Shown: one piece after another, positions 26,570-39,935 of the stretch
Layout of the letters: each line of letters begins with the position of its first letter
Numbering within the stretch: position 1 is the stretch's first letter
Origin: Octopus vulgaris
Lineage: Eukaryota
Direction of reading: 5' to 3'
DNA: 64,000 bases
Assembly: GCA_951406725.2 (NCBI GenBank)
Contig: OX597828.1
Location: 42,718,001-42,782,000 of the forward strand
The notes under the pieces: model-generated
The model's input: only the letters and a program-made list of their open reading frames with translations
The model's database searches: none
Told to the model about the DNA's origin: nothing
Made by a program: the position numbers and the translations under genes

Positions 26570-26775
26570 ATGTGACCTCGTGTGTACCGTTGGCGATTTT
26601 TTTTCCTCTGTCTTCCCTTCTCTGGATCTTTCCTTCTCCTATGTTTCCGAGGAAGAGCTCGGCTCGAAACGTTAAACCCTCCTTCTTCCCTTCTTTCCTG
26701 AGCGTCCAATAATACTATATTTGTTCCACGTCCTCGCGTTGTTGCGTTTTTTGTGTTTTCTTGTTTGGATTAACT
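26570..26775 (+). mobile_element. Solo PLE terminal repeat with a minimal hammerhead-like motif (26643-26677)
   Basis: GUUU-CCGAGGA-A-GAGC(UCG)GCUC-GAAA-CGUU-AAAC followed by TTTCCTGAGCG...AATAC, as in the GIY-YIG-linked copy. Confidence 0.7.
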
Positions 26776-26785
26776 ATATATATAT

Positions 26786-27387
26786 ACTCTTTTACTCTTT
26801 TACTCTTTTACTTGTTTCAGTCATTTGACTGCGGCCATGCTGGAGCACCACCTTTTAGTACTTATTCTATCGGTCTCTTTTTGCCGAACCGCTAAGTGAC
26901 GGGGACATAAACACACCAGCATCGGTTGTCAAGCAATGCTAGGGGGACAAACACAGACACACAAACACACATATACACATATATACATATATACGACAGG
27001 CTTCTTTCAGTTTCCGTCTACCAAATCCACTCACAAGGCATTGGTCGGCCCGGGGCTATAGCAGAAGACACTTGCCCAAGATGCCACGCAGTGGGACTGA
27101 ACCCGCAACCGTGTGGTTGGTTAGCAAGCTACTTACCACACAGCCACTCCTGCGCTATATATATATATTAAACGATACATATACGTACATACACACACAC
27201 ACACACAAGCACACACACACACTCACACATATACGACGTGCTTCTTTCTACCAAATCTACTCATAAGGCTTTGGTCGGCCTGAGGCTATAGCAGGAGACA
27301 CTTGTGCAAGGTGCCTAGCAGTAGGACTGAACTCGGAAGCATGTGGTTGGTAAGCAAGCTTCTTACCACAGAGTCACTCCTGCGCCT
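26786..27387 (-). mobile_element. SINE family B (26786-27156) plus a second head (27230-27387)
   Basis: Reverse complement of the family B consensus. Confidence 0.88.
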
Positions 27388-27389
27388 GT

Positions 27390-27451
<62 letters not shown>

Positions 27452-27452
27452 T

Positions 27453-27573
27453 TTGGCCTGCTCGCATAGCCTGCGGGGTGGCGTCATTTGAAGGCTAAAA
27501 CAATGTGAAGCGCATTGTGACCAGCGATGTGTAGCAACATCTGATAGCCTGGTCGGTCACGGTGATCACGGTG
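27453..27573 (+). mobile_element. About 120-bp retroposon 3' tail inserted in (TA)n
   Basis: Homologous to 61323-61442 and 32970-33080; contains AATG(C/T)GAA.CGCATT and GTGACC...GGTCAC hairpins. Confidence 0.7.
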
Positions 27574-27852
27574 GTATATACATATATATATATATATATG
27601 CATGCATATATACGTACATATTTGTACATACATACATACATATATATGTATATACATATGCATATATGGGTACAGGATGTCATAGAAAGTATACAACATG
27701 AAATACGAAAACAACATAAAGTACGAAATACGAAAACTTGGAATACGAATTTTTTTTTGAGAACAACGAAGGAAACAACTGGAAAACAAGACAAGTAACA
27801 TAAAAGACGACCCTTCATAGGTTATCCACTGTTTTATCTATTCCGCATATAT

Positions 27853-27945
<93 letters not shown>

Positions 27946-28084
27946 TATGTATACATGGAAACAGAAAAAAGTGACTGATAATTTACAGACAAGGAATATT
28001 TTAGTATAAATATTATATATATTATATATCTATTAGACCGTCGTGAAATATGTACGAAAAAAGAAGAAAAATGTAAAAAAAAAT

Positions 28085-28246
28085 GTGCAGGAGTGGCCGT
28101 ATGGTAAGAAGCTTGCTTCCCAATCACATGGTTCCAGGTTCAGTCCCACTGCGTGGCACATTGGGAAAGTGTAGCTTCTGGCCACTGTAGCTTCTGGCCG
28201 GCCAAAGCCTTGTGAGTGGATTTGGTACATGGAAACTGAAAGAAGC
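28085..28246 (+). mobile_element. SINE family B head, diverged
   Basis: Matches the head; internal GTAGCTTCTGGCC duplication. Confidence 0.8.
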
Positions 28247-28299
28247 ATTTCTCTTGTGTGTTTACGTATTGTTCACTCGTTGGTGATGTCCGGTACACA

Positions 28300-28500
28300 A
28301 TGTGTATTTTTCATGGATCTCTCTTTCCTTATGTTGTCTTTTCTTTCCGTCTTGGAATTTTCACCGTATATTCGACAAAGGACTATATCCGAAACGTTAT
28401 ACTTTTACACTATAACTTTCCCTTTATGACCTTTGTCTTACTTCGAGCGTCAATCTAATAATATTAACAGTGTGCATCACCTGGACATTTGTTATCTTTG
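28300..28500 (+). mobile_element. Degenerate PLE terminal repeat with hammerhead remnant (28366-28402)
   Basis: GUAU...GGA(CUAUA)UCC-GAAA-CGUU-AUAC; the CUGANGA core has decayed. Followed by GAGCGTCAATCTAATAATA. Confidence 0.5.
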
Positions 28501-28719
28501 ACAGTCCCATGTGTCTTCCATCGACGTCGACGATGAGTATTCCAGACGTACGTTTCATTAAACTATAAGTATAAGTGACTGAGTATCCCACGGATTCAGG
28601 CGCAATTAATATAATTCACCACAACAATGTCCGGTTTCCGAAGTCTGGTCAGGTAAACGCATTGGATCATTGCATCGCACAGGATTTTGCAATTCTCATT
28701 TTCGGTGACTCTTTCTGGA

Positions 28720-28766
<47 letters not shown>

Positions 28767-28896
28767 ATATTATTATTATTCTTATTATTCTTATTAAATA
28801 TTATTATTATTAAATATTATTATTATTAAATATTATTAAATATTATTAAATATTATTATTACTATTAGTAGTAGTAGTAGTATCCTTATTATTAAA

Positions 28897-28935
<39 letters not shown>

Positions 28936-29002
28936 ATATTATTATTATTAGTAGTAGTAGTAGTAGTAGTAGCATCCTTATTATTAAATATTATTATTAT
29001 TA

Positions 29003-29160
29003 TATGTTTGAGTTTTGCTTTGTATTTGTATCAGTTGACTACAAGTCTCACCCAGAGACATCAAGAGACAACAAGTTAGAAGTTCATGTTGGTGTTATGC
29101 CTAGGGTGCCATTTATTTGGTTTTGCACATAATATTGTTCTAAAGAATGTTTACATAGAT
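29003..29160 (-). mobile_element. Dong/R4-like 3' UTR with (TAA)n tail
   Basis: CAAGTCTCACCCAGAGAC.TCAAGAGACAACA also occurs at 58629 and 58872, each time directly next to (TTA)n. Confidence 0.6.
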
Positions 29161-29314
29161 AGATGCATATATACATGTATACATACATACATACATACAT
29201 ACATACATACCATACATACAACGTACCATACATACATACATATATACATACAAACATACATGCATAGATACAAACATTGTTGACAAACATTTCGAAAGCA
29301 AATATGCAGTGTAT

Positions 29315-30113
<799 letters not shown>

Positions 30114-30699
30114 GTCTGTGTGTCGACACCATAATGATAACTGGAAACTGCAAAAAAGACGAAAGTATGACGGTAAACAATTCGCTACACGAAGCCATCG
30201 TTACTGGCCGTCTAACTTCATGAACGACAGGGTGTCAGCGAAAATCCTACCGGGTGTCTGTTTTAGTTTTGTGCACGCCATATAAATGTCATTACACACA
30301 AAGCAAATTATTTATCAGCTCAGTCTTTAGTAGTCATTATTATATTTCGGTCAAAAATAACAGGAACAAATGAAAAACAACAAAGAAACAAAAGAATCCA
30401 ACCCCCCACCAAAAAAAAAAAAAAAAAGCAAGGCAATGAGAATGAAAGATTTAGAAGTTATGCAACAATAATTTGAATAATTACACATAGATGTTGATGG
30501 ATACGTATGCATGTGTGTGTGTGTGTGTGTGTATGTATATGTGTGAACATTTAAGTGTATATATATGTGTGTATGTGTATGTATGTATGTGTATATATAC
30601 ATATATGTATATGCTATAGAATTGGTTCTGTTCTAATAAAACTATCTATTCTATTCAATATACATGCATGTAATACATGTACGCACACACATATACATG

Positions 30700-30954
30700 C
30701 ATGCATGCATGCATACATACATACATTCATACAAACATACATAGATGCATTACATACATTCAGAAAAACATTCACAGATGCATACATGCATTCATACAAG
30801 CATACATACACACATACATACATATTAACATAGATACATACATACATACATATATACATACTTACATACATACATACATACATACAAATATACATAGATG
30901 CATACATACATTCATACAAGCGTATATATACATACATACTTACATATATAATAC

Positions 30955-30985
<31 letters not shown>

Positions 30986-31169
30986 CAAACATACATACAT
31001 AGATGCATACATACATTCATACAAGCATACATATATATACATACTTACATACACACACACTTTCATAACATAGATACATACATACATACATAGATGCATA
31101 CATACATTCATACAAGCATACATATATATATACATACTTACATACATACATACTTACATAGATACATAC

Positions 31170-31200
<31 letters not shown>

Positions 31201-31315
31201 CATACATACATACATACATACAAATATACATAGATGCATAGAAACATTCACACAAGCATACCTATATATACATACATACTTACATAGATACATACCTACA
31301 TGTATGCATACATAT
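30700..31315. repeat. Irregular higher-order (CATA)n repeat
   Basis: Motif ATAGATGCATACATACATTCATACAAGC recurs about 5-6 times. Confidence 0.85.
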
Positions 31316-31506
31316 ATATTAGAAGGAACGTACGACCAAGCAAAACATTTGGTATCACTTTTGAGGTGTAATTCATAATTCAAGCATAATTGCAGAGTAG
31401 TGACAGAAGTCAGGGATTAAGAAATAACGAATAAAATCCCTTACAGCTATTCTGGAGAGTAGCGGTGCATACGGTGAGTGGGGCATTGAGCAAAGATTTT
31501 CATACA

Positions 31507-31668
31507 GGCGTGGGCGTGGCTGTGTGGTAAGTAGCTTGCTTACCAACTACACGATTCCGGGTTCAGTCCCACTGCGTGGCACCTTGGGCAAGTGTCTTCT
31601 ACTATAGCCTCGGGCCGACCAAAGCCTTGTGAGTTGATTTGGTAGGCGGAAACTGAAAGAAGCCCGTC

Positions 31669-31767
<99 letters not shown>

Positions 31768-31988
31768 TATGTGTGTGAGTGTGTGTCTTTGTTTGTCCCC
31801 CCAACATCGCTTGACAACCGATGCTGGTGTGTTTACGTCCCTGTAACTTAGCGGTTCGGTAAAAGAAACCGATAGAATAAGAACTAGGCTTACAAAGAAT
31901 AAGTCTTGGGGTCGATTTGCTCGACTTAAAGGCGGTGCTCCAGCATGGCCACAGTCAAATGACTGCAACAAGTAAAAAGAGTAAAGAG
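31507..31988 (+). mobile_element. SINE family B, full length
   Basis: Collinear with the consensus. Confidence 0.92.
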
Positions 31989-32396
31989 AGATATCAGCCA
32001 ACTATTCCATCTTGAGAGAGAGGAAGAATTAAAGAATATCCTTAATAAAGGATGTTACTAGTTAGTAGTTACATCTTCGAAGAAATAACACATACCCTCT
32101 CAAATGGGTCACACAACGAAAATGACAAACTACGAAATAAGAAAATGTTGAAGTGCATTTTTGGATTAAGTCTTCATGCTGAAACAAAAAAAAAAGAGCA
32201 TCATCACGAGAATTGGTAAGTAAAGTCTCGGAATGTATTCCTCGACAGATGGTAAAGGAGATATAAGCTGGAAAGATTTAGAGCTTTCTGCTTATCATGT
32301 GATACTACGTTATCAAAAGCTTGTTTGACGGAATATAACTTAGATAACAAAAACAGTATGTCTTGATTTAACAGGTATTATATCAGATCTCATGAA

Positions 32397-33080
32397 AGTG
32401 CGTGGCCTAGTTGTTAGGCGTTCTGCGTGGAGGCGCAATGGCCCAGTGGTTAGGGCAGCGGACTCGCGGTCATAGGATCGCGGTTTCGATTCCCAGACCG
32501 GGCGTTGTGAGTGTTTATTGAGCGAAAATACCTAAAGCTCCACGAGGCTCCGGCAGGGATGGTGGTGATCCCTGTTGTACTCTTTCGCCTCAACTTTCTC
32601 TCACTCCACTCTTACTTCCTGTTTCTGTTGTACCTGTATTTCAAGGGGCCGGCCTTGTCACACTCTGTGTCACGCTGAATATCCCCGAGAACTACGTTAA
32701 GGGTACACGTGTCTGTGGAGTGCTCAGCCACTTACACGTTAATTTCACGAGCAGGCTGTTCCGTTGATCGGATCAACAGGAACCCTCGTCGTCGTAACCG
32801 ACGGAGTGCTTCCCCAGGCGTTCTGCACTCACGATCGTGAAATCGTGATTTCGATCCCCAGATCGGCTGCGTGTTTTGTTCTTGAGCAAAACACTTCTTT
32901 TAACGTTGCTCCGGTCCACTGGAAATGGGTAAATCTGCGAAGGAGCAGCCTTCCGATCAGGGAGTAATGTTGGCCCGCTCGCACAGGCAGTGGAGTGGCG
33001 TTTTGCAGAAGCTGAAAACGATGCAAAACGCATTGTGATCAGTGATATATTGTCTGTTCGATCACGTGATCACGTGATAT
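32397..33080 (+). mobile_element. SINE family D (old) interrupted by a family C copy
   Basis: Head GCGTGGCCTAGTTGTTAGG continues after the insert with CTTGAGCAAAACACTTC...GTTGCTCCGGTCCACT, homologous to 52140-52353. Confidence 0.65.
32427..32815 (+). mobile_element. SINE family C (tRNA-Arg-like head), full length
   Basis: Head GGCGCAATGGCCCAGTGGTTAGGGCAGCGGACTCGCGGTC...GGTTTCGATTCCC; 11-bp TSD AGGCGTTCTGC (32416-32426, 32816-32826). Confidence 0.93.
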
Positions 33081-33089
33081 CAGATCTCA

Positions 33090-33760
33090 CTTTGAAAACT
33101 ATGCTCTTACAAAAACAAGAACAAGGAATCCCAACAAAAGAAGCGATGCACAAAATGGGCCGAGGCGCAGGTAAAACATGCACGTGTGTTAATCATTAGA
33201 AACATTATGGAATTTACACGAAAAATGTGACCCACACGAAGAGCGACCATCCGGAAATGTTAGCACCGCCGTTAATCTAAAAGACACGAAATAGTGATTA
33301 AAACACTATACAAAACAATTCGTATAAATGAGAGTATTAACGATTAAAATAAAATATATGAAATAACAATGATGTGAAGGGTATATTCATTTATAATATG
33401 AAAGACTACTAGTGGAGCGCTTCTGAGCAAAAAATAATTTAACCGGGAAAATTTAGATAGAACAGACCAGATTTAGCGTTCTGGGATAGAGAGATTAAAA
33501 GCGTATATGCTCAGCAGACACTCAGATGATGTTGTAGATAAGAGTAAAAAGTAAACAACTATGACGAACTAATGGGAAATCTACTGATGCTACACACGGT
33601 CTATAACTTTAGATTTGTACCACTGATTAACGGGGCACTTGGTTATGCAATTAACTGCCTCAGCACCAAATTTAAGAAAGGACACGGCTAATTAGAAAAT
33701 TGCAATTACATGCCAGGAATGAAACTGTGGAAATATGTAAAACATTCCAGACATGTTAGC
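33090..33760 (+). pseudogene. Highly decayed R4/Dong-like ORF C-terminus (REL domain)
   Basis: Fragments NRPDLAFWDRE, NYDELMGNL..YNFRFVPLINGALGY and TVEICKTF. Confidence 0.55.
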
Positions 33761-33833
33761 CTATTGAATGTACCCGTACACAGGTACGGGCTGGAAAACA
33801 TACGTATTGGTAGATAGACGTCAATTGAATTAC

Positions 33834-34337
33834 TACACAGTGTAGTAATGCATTTTTATTTATTAATTTATTAATTTTTAGGTGTGAAAATGCTCATTTT
33901 ACCCCAGAAATAATTAAAATCTACAAGCAATATGAATACTTATCGGCCGCAGAAACCCCCGATATACTAAGGAATCCGCGATATAAATTTACATATATAT
34001 TAGCCAGAAAAATCTGCGATGTACTGAGTGCGCGATAGGTGAATATATATATTCAGATTGAGGCACGTAATGATATACGTGCAAAGATATATATATATAT
34101 ATATACAGTAATCCCTCGCCATATCGCGGTTCACCTATCGCGCACTCAGTACATCGCAGATTTTTCTGGCTAATATATGTAAATTTATATCGCGGATTCC
34201 TCACTATATCGGGGGTTTCAGCGGCCGATAAGTATTTATAATTTTTGTAGATTTTAATTATTTCTGTGGTAAAATGAGCATTTTCACGCCTAAAATTTAA
34301 TAAATTAATAAATAAAAATACATTACTGCACTGTGTA
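33834..34337. mobile_element. Inverted pair of pogo/Tigger-like element ends (about 210-bp arms)
   Basis: Arms 33834-34043 and 34130-34337 are reverse complements. The TIR tip TA-CAGTAATCCCTCG lies inside the structure at 34104. Confidence 0.8.
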
Positions 34338-34362
34338 ACACATTAATTGAAATATATTCAAA

Positions 34363-34522
34363 GGCTGTGTGGTAAGTAGCTTGCTAACCAACCACATGGT
34401 TCCGGGTTCAGTCCCACTGCGTGGCATCTTGGGCAAGTGTCTTTTGCTATAGCCCCGGGCCGACCAATGCCTTGTGAGTGGATTTGGTAGACGGAAACTG
34501 AAAGAAGCCTGTCGTATATGTG

Positions 34523-34559
<37 letters not shown>

Positions 34560-34785
34560 GTATGTGTGTGTATGCGTTTGTGTGTCTGTGTTGGTTCCCC
34601 TAGCATTGCTTGACAACCGATGCTGGCGTGTTTAAGTCCCCGTCACTTAGCGGTTCGGCAAAATAGACCGATAGAATAAGTACTGGGCTTACAAAGAATA
34701 AGTCCCGGGGTCGATTTGCTCGACTAGAGGCGGTGCTCCAGCATGGCCGCAGTCAAATGACTGAAACAAGTAAAAGAGTAAAGAG
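34363..34785 (+). mobile_element. SINE family B
   Basis: Collinear with the consensus; slightly 5'-clipped. Confidence 0.9.
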
Positions 34786-34869
34786 TGTACCGTAGATTAG
34801 TAAACAAAGAATCGTACATGCTGTATGGAAAACGAAACTCGGGAGGCGAGTGTGTGGTATTGTTTTACA

Positions 34870-35290
34870 AGGCGGCGAGCTAGCAGAATCGTTAGCACGC
34901 CAGGCGAAATGCTTAGCGGTATTTCGGCTGCCGCTACGTTCTGAGTTCAAATTCCGCCGAGGTCCTCTTTGCCTTTCATCCTTTCGGGGTCGATTAAATA
35001 AGTACCAGTTACGCACTGGGGTCGATACAATCGACTTAATCCGTGTGTCTGTCCTTCCTTGTTTGTCCTCTCTGTGTTTAGCCCCTTGTGGGCAGTAAAG
35101 AAATAGGTATTTCGGCTGCCGTAACGTTGTGAGTTCAAATTCCGCCGAGGTCGACTTTGCCTTTCATCCTTTCCGAAGTCGATAAATTAAGTACCAGTTA
35201 AGCACTGGAGTCGATATAATCGACTTAATACCTATGACTGTCCATGTTTGTCCCCTCTATGTTTAGCCCCTTGTGGGTAATAAAGAAATA
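34870..35290 (+). mobile_element. SINE family A dimer
   Basis: 14-bp TSD GGTATTGTTTTACA (34856-34869, 35291-35304); internal junction GAAATA|GGTATTTCG near 35106. Confidence 0.93.
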
Positions 35291-35364
35291 GGTATTGTTT
35301 TACACTTATATTAAAATAAATATATACAAATTATAAAAATGATTAAAAAAATATATGCACTACA

Positions 35365-37120
35365 GTACTGTTTCTACTCCGTCCGGCATACTTAGGGTAG
35401 GCACATTCACACGGGCCATCCTTGCTATATTCACCTACCTTTCGAGAAACTTACTCTCCAGTCTCACCGCCCTTCTCAGGTGGAACCTGAAAAAGTCAAT
35501 GAGGCCTTGGCCAAAGAGGAAGGTACCCTTTCAATCGCGTCTACCATGGATGGAAGCACTCCGTCGGTTACGACGACGAGGGTTCCGGTTGATCCGATCA
35601 ACGGAACAGCCTGCTCGTGAAATTAACGTGTAAGTGGCTGAGCACTCCACAGACACGTGTACCCTTAACGTAGTTCTCGGGGATATTCAGCGTGACACAG
35701 AGAGTGACAAGGCCGGCCCTTTGAAATACAGGTACAACAGAAACAGGAAGTAAGAGTGAGAGAAAGTTGTGGTGAAAGAGTACAGCAGGGATCACCACCA
35801 TCCCTGCCGGAGCCTTGTGGAGCTTTTTGGTGTTTTCGCTCAATTAACACTCACAACGCCCGGTCTGGGAATCGAAACAGCGATCCTATGACCGCGAGTC
35901 CGCTGCCCTAACCACTGGGCCATTGCGCCTCCACGCGTCTACCATACAACCTTTTTCGTCATAGTCACCAGACGGAGAAACACTGCCTTGCCTTCCCGGC
36001 CAAAGGAAGGAGGTGGGCAATTTTCACGATGGACTCAGACGATAGCCGGATCCGTCCCACACGTGACAATAACTGTTCGACGAAGCTCCACCAGTCAGCA
36101 ATGAATGGACACTGTTCTAGTGCATGCAGAACGGTTTCTTCGCTCCGCATGCACCTCGGACAAGACCGTCTGACAGAGCTTATTACGAACCGGCAGCGCC
36201 CCCTGGTAGCACTGACAGGCCAGAGATTTCTGGAAATTATCCATATGCCCCGACCCGAAAATCCTCCGGAAGAGACCAACCAGTTGATCTCTCTCAATGT
36301 CCAGAGTTTCTTCGAGATCGTCGTCGCTCTTGTACTCCACTAATCTCCTATAAAACTCCAAGGTTGAACTTCCACCGACCGCATTGCCCGACTGGCGGAG
36401 AGCTGTATGTGCTTCGAGATACTCTAAGTGCCAAGTACCCTGTCTCGTTCTACGCCTGATCCAAGACTTTAGCTCCGTTAAGGAGACAAGCTGAGGAAGA
36501 GCGTGTCAAAGAGCGACCACACCTGCTCACCGCCAAGGTATCGCTGGAGATGTCGCAGCCTCAGCGCATGTCTGCGCAGCATCATCCACGGCACGCCCAG
36601 TCCTCCATGCAGCGAGTGCTGGTAGCAAATGGAACGTCTAACAAGCAGTACTCTTCCATTCACCAGAAACAGAAGAGCCAGCGCACTAGTGGAGCAAGGG
36701 ACGACATTCAGGCTGTAGCATATGACGGATGCGATATATCCATTCACCATCTCCGCCCGACCTTTCAGGGACAGCTTCCTCTCGGCCCATTTCTGGGTGA
36801 GACTAGGCACCCTGTCTATCACCTCTCCCCAGTTCTTGTCCACTTGGAGGTCCGGACAAAAACCAGACCCCGAACAACTTAACGGGTCCTTCTGTCCAGC
36901 AATCCACAATGCTATCGGTCGGCATGGATCTGCCTCTCCAGGTGTCGAGCTGCAGGCCCACTGCTTTTTCCTGGATAATAATTGCTCCTATCACCGCTTC
37001 GTATGCCCTTAGCATAGTGCCAATCATCTCTATTTCAGAGAGATCCCACACTATCACGATGACATCGTCCGCGTACGCTGACACACCTCTTCCGCATCCT
37101 AGCTCACGCGGGATGCCAAC
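35365..37120 (-). pseudogene. Tx1/L1-clade LINE ORF2 relic (RT and C-terminal zinc finger), interrupted by SINE C
   Basis: VSAYADD, VKLFGVWF, W..RKLSLKGRA, HGGLGVP and CPRC...ETVLHAL..CP motifs, with frameshifts. Confidence 0.88.
35548..35933 (-). mobile_element. SINE family C, full length
   Basis: 12-bp TSD CGCGTCTACCAT (35536-35547, 35934-35945). Confidence 0.93.
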
Positions 37121-37125
37121 TGCTG

Positions 37126-37185
<60 letters not shown>

Positions 37186-37191
37186 TCACTA

Positions 37192-37403
37192 CTCCTTTCT
37201 ACTATAAATACAAGGTATGACTTTGGTGGAAGGGGGACAGTCGATTAGATCGACTCCAGTACGCAACTAGTACTTAATTTATCGCCCCGAAAGGATGAAA
37301 GGCAAAGTCGACCACGGCGGAAATTGAACTCAGAACGTAGCAACAGGCGAAATGCCACTAATCATTTCATCGAGCGCGTTTACGATTCTGCCAGCTCACC
37401 GCC

Positions 37404-37405
<2 letters not shown>
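37192..37405 (-). mobile_element. SINE family A monomer
   Basis: Head and central domain, lying between microsatellites. Confidence 0.85.
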
Positions 37406-37438
<33 letters not shown>

Positions 37439-37680
37439 GTATGCCCACCGCAAATGGTGATTGTCTGTTTGAATACTTGGCGAATGAAGTCAATGGTTTG
37501 AAGACAGGTGTCATGTAATACGGATCCTTGCTGAATGGGTGTCGGGTAGTCTACTTCTTCAGAACACATCTCTCACTATCGCAGTACCTTTGTACCGCGA
37601 GACCAAGATGCAACAAGCGAAGATGGCGTGATACCAATTGCGGCGATAAGATCCACAATAACTTCAAAAATTCATGTAGA

Positions 37681-38288
37681 GATGATGATGATGATGATGA
37701 TGAGGAGGAGGAGGAGATGGAGGAAGTGGATGAGAATGATGATGATGAAGAAGAAGGAGAAGAAGAAAATGATAAAGAAGAAAAGGAAGAAGAAGAAGAA
37801 GAAGAAGAAGAAGAAGAAGAAGAAGAAGAAGAAGAAGAAGAAGAAATTGATAAAAATGAAGAAGAAGAAGAAGAAAGAGAAGAAGAAGAAGAAGAAGAAG
37901 AAGAAGAAGAAGAAGAAGAAGAAGAAGAAGAAGAAGAAAATGATAAAGAAGAAGAAGAAAGAGAAGAAAATGATATAGAAGAAGAAGAAGAAGAAAGAGA
38001 AGAAGAAAATGATAAAGAAGAAGAAGAAAGAGAAGAAAATGATACAGAAGAAGAAGAAGAAGAAAGAGAAGAAGAAAATGATAAAGAAGAAGAAGAAGAA
38101 GAAGAAGAAGAAGAAGAAGAAGAAGAAGAAGAAGAAGAAGAAGAAGAAGAAGAAGAAGAAGAAGAAGAAGAAGAAGAAGAAGAAGAAGAAGAAGAAGAAG
38201 AAGAAGAAGAAGAAGAAGAAGAAGAAGAAGAAAATGATAAAGAAGAAGAAGAAGAAGAAGAAGAAGAAGAAGAAGAAGAAGAAGAAGA
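37681..38288. repeat. (GAA)n tract with an approximately 30-33 bp higher-order unit
   Basis: GAAGAAGAAAGAGAAGAAAATGATAAA repeats plus pure (GAA)n. Confidence 0.97.
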
Positions 38289-38456
38289 GACAGCAACTGT
38301 AGCAGCAGCAGCAGCAGCAACGGCGGCGAAAGCATCAGCCTCAACAACAACAACCACAAAAAAGATTAAGGAGAGAAAGTGATAGCGGTAATTATATAAA
38401 TGTCAATAATAACATGGTTGGCATTTTCGAACGGAGAAAGAATGAAGAGCTTAAGA

Positions 38457-38488
<32 letters not shown>

Positions 38489-38644
38489 TAAACAGCAACA
38501 ACAACAACAACAACAACAATAACAATAAACAACAATAATAAAAGCAACAGGAATAACAACGCCAGCGATAAGAAAGACAAAAACAATAACTAAAAACGAA
38601 AAACTATTCATTACAGAAGTTGTAAGCTTCAGTACGCTGACAGC

Positions 38645-38688
38645 ACCACCACACTACTACTACTACTACTACCACCACCACCACCACC

Positions 38689-38735
<47 letters not shown>

Positions 38736-38778
38736 CACCACCACCACCACCACCACCACCACCACCACCACCACCACA

Positions 38779-38837
<59 letters not shown>

Positions 38838-38847
38838 CACCACCACC

Positions 38848-38893
<46 letters not shown>

Positions 38894-38977
38894 TTACTAC
38901 TACTACCACCACCACCACCGCCACCAGCGCCACCAGCGCCACCACCACCACCAGTGCCACCAGCGCCACCACTACTT

Positions 38978-39022
<45 letters not shown>
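38645..39022. repeat. Alternating (CTA)n/(CCA)n blocks
   Basis: Direct reading. Confidence 0.97.
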
Positions 39023-39025
<3 letters not shown>

Positions 39026-39037
39026 GTTCTAGTAGTA

Positions 39038-39244
39038 CTTTCTAATATAGGCAAGAAGGCTCGAAGTTCTGGGGGTGCTGAGGGCACTAAGTCGATTACA
39101 TCCCCCCCATCCCCTAGTGCACAACTGGTACTTATTTCGTCGTTGCCCGAAATGATGGAAGGCAAAGTCGATCTCGGCCGAATTTGAACTCACAAATTAG
39201 CAGCATTTCGCCCGGCTTGCTAAAAGTTCTTCAAGCTTGACGCC

Positions 39245-39296
<52 letters not shown>

Positions 39297-39510
39297 TAAT
39301 AATAATAATAATGATAATGATAATATTAATAATAATATAATCCTTTCTATTAAAGCCACAAGATTTGAAATTTGGGGAGAAGAGACAAATCAATTACATC
39401 GACCCCAGTGTTTCACTGGTACTTAATTTATCGACCCCCGAAAGGATGAAAGGCAAAGTCGACCTCGGCCGAATTTGAACTCAGAACGTAGCGACGGGCG
39501 AAATGCTACT
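39038..39510 (-). mobile_element. Two diverged SINE family A copies separated by (TAA)n
   Basis: Central domain at 39120-39190 and 39415-39485. Confidence 0.8.
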
Positions 39511-39515
39511 ACTTA

Positions 39516-39578
<63 letters not shown>

Positions 39579-39579
39579 T

Positions 39580-39868
39580 TATGCGCTCTTTTCAAGCCTA
39601 GCCAGACTCATGGGCCCGGTTTCCCGGTTTCTGTGGCGTATGTGTTCACCCCAGTTGGACGGGACGCCAGTCCATCGCAGCGTTACTCAAGAAACAGGAA
39701 GAAAGAGTGAGAGAAAGTTAAAGCGAAAGAGTACAACAGGGATTGCCATCACCTCCTGCCGGAGCCTCGTGGAGCTTTAGGTGTTTTCGCTTAATAAACA
39801 CACACAACGTCCAGTTTGGGAATCGAAACCGCGAGTCCGCTGCCCTAACCACTGGGCCATTGCGCCTG

Positions 39869-39870
<2 letters not shown>
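39580..39870 (-). mobile_element. Chimeric SINE: family C head with a tail shared with the family D copy at 52140
   Basis: 39691-39870 matches family C; 39605-39690 matches 52148-52218. Confidence 0.7.
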
Positions 39871-39924
<54 letters not shown>

Positions 39925-39935
39925 GAATAATAATA

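Noticed and set aside
32427-32505. tRNA-Arg gene
   Set aside because: It is the head of a multicopy SINE with TSDs and has no proper acceptor stem or terminator; the same applies to the heads of families A, B and D.
37441-37520. OTU-protease-like NGDCLF motif
   Set aside because: Only a 25-codon frame with no downstream motifs.
37528-38382. 284-aa glutamate-rich ORF
   Set aside because: It is a translation of (GAA)n microsatellite; several frames are open and it has no domain or splice support.
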